Positions 59,443 to 64,000 of a stretch of DNA of 64,000 nucleotides are shown piece by piece. Origin of the DNA: an uncultured Gemmatimonadales bacterium (GTDB taxonomy: Bacteria; Gemmatimonadota; Gemmatimonadetes; Gemmatimonadales; GWC2-71-9). The notes beneath the pieces are model-generated. The model was not told the DNA's origin and did not search any database. It saw only the letters and a list, made by a program, of their open reading frames with translations. The translations under genes and the position numbers were made by a program. The stretch spans positions 125,195-189,194 of the forward strand of contig CAWKMI010000017.1 of the NCBI GenBank assembly GCA_963850655.1, written 5' to 3'. Numbering within the stretch: position 1 is the first letter of the stretch; every line of letters begins with the position of its first letter.

Positions 59443-59693
59443 TTCGTGCTCCTCAAAATGACGGTCGAGTGGGCCCGCCAGCCTCAGGTCTGCTTGAGCC
59501 AGCCGACGGGCGTCTGACCGGTATTACGAACGCCCCCCCGGAGAGGTTGCAATTCGCCCCCTCACAGTCGGTCCCCGGCCCCGGGCCGGGGAGCCCGGAC
59601 TCGCCTCGCGGGCTCCCCGGTGCTATTTCTCGGAGCCGTTGGCCTCCCGGGCGTCGCGGCCGACACCCTCTCGAAACCGTACGGAGTACCCCG

Positions 59694-61824
59694 ATGCGCA
59701 CCCAGTGCCTCTTGGCAATCGTCGCCCTGTTCGGGGCAGTCCCTGCCAGCGCCCAGGTGGTGGAACCAGCCCGGGTCGCGCGCGGAGGGCTGGCCTTACC
59801 CACGTTGCCCCAGCGGGCCATCCGTGGCACGATCCCGATGACCAATGTCATCCAGCGGGCCTTCGCCGCCGGAACCCGCGATTCCTCCGGGAAGCCGGGC
59901 CCGAAGTACTGGCAGCTCTGGAACGACTACACCATCCGAGTCAGGCTCGATGCGGCCGACGTCGGTCCTGTCCGGGACCGAGCGGATCATCATCACCAAT
60001 CCCAGCGACAACCCGCTGCCGCAGATCGTCATGCGTCTCGACCAGAACATCTTCACCGCCCCGGCTCACCGCGCTCGAATGGCTGGAACCCGGGTGAATT
60101 CACCGATGGGTTCGTCTTCAGCAAGGTCGCGGTTGACGGGGTAGCTCGGCGGACCTCACGCCCCCTGCCGCTGGTCGTGGTGGCCGCGGGGGCGGGCGTC
60201 GGAGGCGGAGGTGGTGGTGCGGCACCCTCGGCCCCGATCGTCTTCGGTTTCACCACCACCCGCGGGATGATCACTCTGCCCACCCCGATCCCGGCGCATG
60301 GCCAGGCGACGTCGATCTCGAATTCTCCTCCAAGGTGCCCGGCGGCCAGCGGGCGCCCACCGCACCTCGATGCGCTGGGGGGACTCGCTGGTCCAGATGA
60401 CGCAGTGGTTCCCGCGCATCGCCGTCTATGATGACCTCCGCGGCTGGGATCCCGAGCCCTACCTCGGCACCGCGGAGTTCTACAACAACTTCGGCCGCTT
60501 CGATGTCTCGCTCGATCTGCCCGCCGGGTGGATCGCTGGCGCGACCGGCGTCCTGAGGAACCCGAGCTGGTCCTCACCCCGATGGTGCGCGACCGGCTCT
60601 CGCACGTGCTCGAATCGGATTCGACGCGGACCATCGTCGGCCGCCGATGAGTTCGGTGCCGGTAAGTGCCACTCAAGCCGGCGATCGGCTGGTGTGGCAT
60701 TTTGTGGCCGACACGGCGAATGATTTCGCCTGGGTGGCGTCGCGCTCCTTCATCTGGGAGGCGACCCGTGCCACCATCCCCACCAAGGGACCGATTCCGG
60801 TGAACATCTTCTATACCCCGGGACGCGCGGCGGCCTTCGCCGGCATCGGCCCATCGCTGCGTCACGCGCTCGAGTTCTACTCCGAACTGTATATGCCGTA
60901 CCCTTTCCCCGTCCACAACGCCGCCGACGGCCCGGATGACGGGATGGAATACCCGATGATCGTCATGTCGAGCCGAGGGGCGGCCGACCACGAAACCGCC
61001 CACGAGTGGTGGCCGATGTCGATCAGCAACAACGAGACCTGGTACGGCTGGATGGACGAGGGATTCAACCAGTACATGAACATCCTCTCGGCAGCCGATA
61101 GCCGGGGCACTGCACCCAATCTCGATGGACCCGGCCAGGGCTACGGCCGCAGCAGCGGCAACGAGTCCGAATCGTCGATGATGTGGGACATGAACTACGG
61201 CGGCCCGGCCACGTCGTTCGTCACCTACAGCAAGACGCCGCTGATGCTCTCCATGCTGGGCGGGATCGTCGGAGACTCGGCGGTCTGGCAGGCACAGAGC
61301 GACTGGGCGCAAGGCGTGGCGCTTCAAGCACCCCTCGCCGTGGGATTTCATGTTCTTCATGAACAACGCGCTGCACCAGGACCTCGAGCTGGTTCTGGTA
61401 CTCCTGGCTCTTCACCACCGAGGCGGTCAACGGTTCCATCACCCGCATCAAGACCGGACCGTCGCAAACCGACGTCACCGTGCATCAGGCCGGCGAGATG
61501 CCCTCACCCGTCGTGCTCAAGATAGTGTTCGAACCAAATGGACCGGCGATTCGGCCCATGAGCAACGCCAAGATGACTGACAGCATCACGGCCGTCGTTA
61601 CGTGGCCGGTCAACGTCTGGTTCAACGGCAAGCGCGATTTCGTCGCACCGCTCACCTTCGGCGCGCGGAAGATCGCCAGGATCGTCCTCGATCCGGGCTG
61701 CCGTTTCCCGGACAAGGACCCGAGCGACAACATCTGGCCCAAGCCGGCCGCTGCCTCTGCTGCCGCAGCGCCGGCCGGTGGACGGGGTGGCGGTGGACGC
61801 GGCGGAGCGATTTGCGTGAACTGA
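59694..61824 (+). pseudogene. Secreted M1-like gluzincin metallopeptidase, multiply frameshifted
   Basis: Fragments 59469..60431 (ATG 59694, MRTQCLLAIVALFGAVPASAQ), 59845..60144, 60298..60723, 60647..61525 (HETAHEWWP followed 18 residues later by WMDEGFNQY) and 61480..61824 (C-terminal domain ending in a GGRGGGGRGG tract). Confidence 0.65.
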
Positions 61825-61891
61825 CGCGCGGGTGACCGCGAAGGCGCCGGGACGTTACGTTACGGGTCTCCCGCCGCACCGAGGGTCGCCC

Positions 61892-64000
61892 GTGTCCCGT
61901 CGCTTCGCGCTTATCCCGATCATTCTGGTTCTCGTCCTGGTCGCCCTGGTCTGGCCAGGTCTCTCCTCGACGCTGGCCGACTGGTGGTGGTTCAAGGAGA
62001 TCGGCTATCAGGTGATCTTCACCAAGGAGATCACCACCCGGGGCCTGCTCTTCCTCGGCGTGTTCGGCGTTGCCACCGCCCTCTTCTACGCCAACTTCCG
62101 GCTTGCCCAGCGTGGGTTGGCCCTGGTGCCGTTTTCGGTGCAACTCGGACCCGGGTTGCCACCCCTGAATCTCTCCGGCGCGCTGCGCCGACTGAGCCTC
62201 CCGATCGCGCTGGTGCTGGGGTTCCTCTTCGGATCGGCCGGCTCAACCGCGTGGGAGACCATCCTCCTCGCGATGGATCGGACGCCGTTCGGCACGGTCG
62301 ATGCGGTCTTTGGCCGTGACATTTCCTATTACGTCTTCACCCTCCCGGCCATCGACGGCATGCTCACCATGCTCACGGTGCTGGTGTTCTTCGCGCTCGT
62401 GCTGCTCTTGCCGACGTATTTCCTCCGGGGGGACATCACGATCGTCCCGCCCAACAAGGTCAACATGGCGCACGCCGCGTCGCAGTCATGTCGGGGTGGT
62501 CCTCGCGCTCTTCTTCGTGCTGATCGCCCTCGAGCTCTGGTTCGTGGACATCCCTCGCTGCTCTACTCGACCAGCGGGCCGCAGATGGTCGGCGCGAGCT
62601 ACACCGACCTCCACGCCACGCTGCCCGCGCTGCGCGTCTCGGCGGTCGTCGCGCTGCTCGCCGCCGGGGCGGTGGCCGTGGGCGGCGCACAGGGGCACCT
62701 CGCCAATACGGCCTGCGTGCCGTCGTGGCGATATGTGCTGGTGGGGTCGTGGGTCGCGGCGTCTACCCGGCCTGATGCAGAAGTATTTCGTGTCGCCGAC
62801 CGAACTCACCCGCGAGACGCCCTACCTCAGGAACCACCTTGCCGCCACACGCGCCGCCTGGGGCCTTGATAGCGTCGAGATCAAGGAACTCGGCGATGCC
62901 GGCAGGCTGTCACTTGCCGACATCCGCAACAACGGCCCGACGATCGAAAACATTCGGCTCTGGGACCGGGAACCGTTGCTGCAGACCTTCGGACAGCTGC
63001 AGGAGATCCGCACCTACTACGACTTCCTCAACATCGATGACGATCGCTACTGGATCGACGGCAAGTTCCGCCAGGTGCTGCTCCCCCTCGGGAGCTGAAC
63101 GCCGCGTCCCTCCCGCAGCGGACGTTCATCAACGAGCACCTCACCTATACGCACGGGATGGGGCTGACCCTGGGCCCGGTCAATCAGGTCACGAGCGAAG
63201 GACTGCCGGTGCTCTTCATCAAGGACCTGCCGCCGGTCTCGAGTATCTCGATCAAGGTGACCCGGCCGCAGATCTACTATGGCGAAATCGGCTACGACTA
63301 TGCGGTCGTCGGCACCGTGAAAAGGAGTTCGACCATCCGTCGGGCGACGAAAATGTCTATGCCGCGTACACCGGGAGCGGTGGCGTGCAGATCAACTACG
63401 CTCCTCCGCCGCATGGTGCTCGCGACAAATTTCCAGACGTCGAAGATCCTGTTCTCGGCCGACATCACCGCAGCATTCGCGGATTCTGTATTACCGCAAC
63501 ATCCGGGAGCGGGCGCAGAAGGCCCTGCCCTTCGTGAACTTTGACCGCGATCCGTACATGGTCATCGCCGATGATGGCAAGCTCGACTGGATCATGGATG
63601 CCTATACCACCAGCAACCGCTATCCGTATTCCCATCAGGTCGGGCAACGGCACCAACTACATGCGCAACAGCGTGAAGGTGGTGCTCGACGCCTACGATG
63701 GCTCGATCCGCGCCTTCGTCTTCGCGCCCACGACCCCTGATCCGCACCTGGGGGCGGATCTTCCCCGGCATCCTCCATCCGATGGACTCCATGCCAGCCG
63801 ACCTGCGAAGCACACCCGGTACCCGGACGAACTCTTCCGGCCCAGACCGTGCTCTACGCTACCTATCACCTCGACTCCGCAGCGACCTTCTACCTGCGCG
63901 AAGACCAGTGGGCGGTCCCGGCCGTCGACGCCGAATCGTCGGTGCCGTTCATGCGTCATATCGTGATGCGGCTCCCGGGCGAGAAGGATGCCGAATATGT
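61892..64000 (+). pseudogene. UPF0182-family large membrane protein, frameshifted; 3' end lies outside the window
   Basis: ORF 61832..62869 holds RRFALIPIILVLVLVALVWPGLSSTLADWWWFKEIGYQVIFTKEITTRG (the family N-terminus; the start may be GTG ~61892). It continues in 62301..63098 ([49 protein letters not shown]), 63158..63544 (MGLTLGPVNQVTSEGLPVLFIKDLPP) and 63534 onward. Confidence 0.75.

Noticed and set aside
59443-59693. The largest intergenic gaps (59443-59693, 12770-12977, 53873-54050, 18049-18182, 45049-45178), scanned for tRNA or small-RNA genes
   Set aside because: No T-loop or anticodon-arm-like cloverleaf signatures were seen, only GC palindromes (for example gagcccg…cgggctc near 59590-59615). 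This is not decisive without tRNAscan or Infernal.

Overview
Very GC-rich bacterial chromosomal segment. Third codon positions are almost all G/C, and long spurious antisense ORFs occur everywhere. Gene content and protein style suggest a Gemmatimonadota-like soil or sediment bacterium, but that is an impression and cannot be verified here.

I support about 46 protein-coding loci and two hairpin terminators. I saw no rRNA, tRNA, CRISPR array, transposase or integrase, and no recognisable transcription factor.

Content:
1. Many secreted glycoside hydrolases (GH172/DUF2961, GH116, BNR/sortilin-like, GH51, GH3, GH89, GH29, GH78) with a sugar ABC binding protein and permease.
2. Secreted peptidases (M1 aminopeptidase, an M1-like paralogue, an S15 X-Pro dipeptidyl peptidase, a D-aminoacylase-like amidohydrolase, an M48/LemA pair).
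3. A complete NAD-dependent molybdo-formate dehydrogenase operon, fdsG-fdsB-fdsA-fdhD(fdsC)-fdsD-mobA-small unknown-fhs, linked by overlapping stop/start codons.
4. An ion and solute homeostasis cluster: a 2TM K+ channel with tandem RCK domains, an APC permease fused to USP domains, and a TM-helix-repeat protein.
5. An intact five-gene minus-strand operon (45593-50726) centred on a 653-aa triple fusion of ICMT/PEMT-like, PAP2-like and Lgt-like lipid enzymes. It is flanked by a CrtC/AttH-like protein and a 567-aa unknown with a GNAT-like tail. This is my best candidate for an undescribed (lipid or lipoprotein tailoring) system.

At least 18 loci are interrupted by frameshifts that cluster in patches of 1-4 kb, while neighbouring genes of 2 kb or more are intact. 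The amino-acid sequence stays conserved across the frame jumps. Uncorrected indel errors in the assembly are therefore more likely than ancient pseudogenes, although I type these loci as pseudogene. Hand-derived coordinates may be off by a nucleotide or two; coordinates taken from the ORF track are exact.
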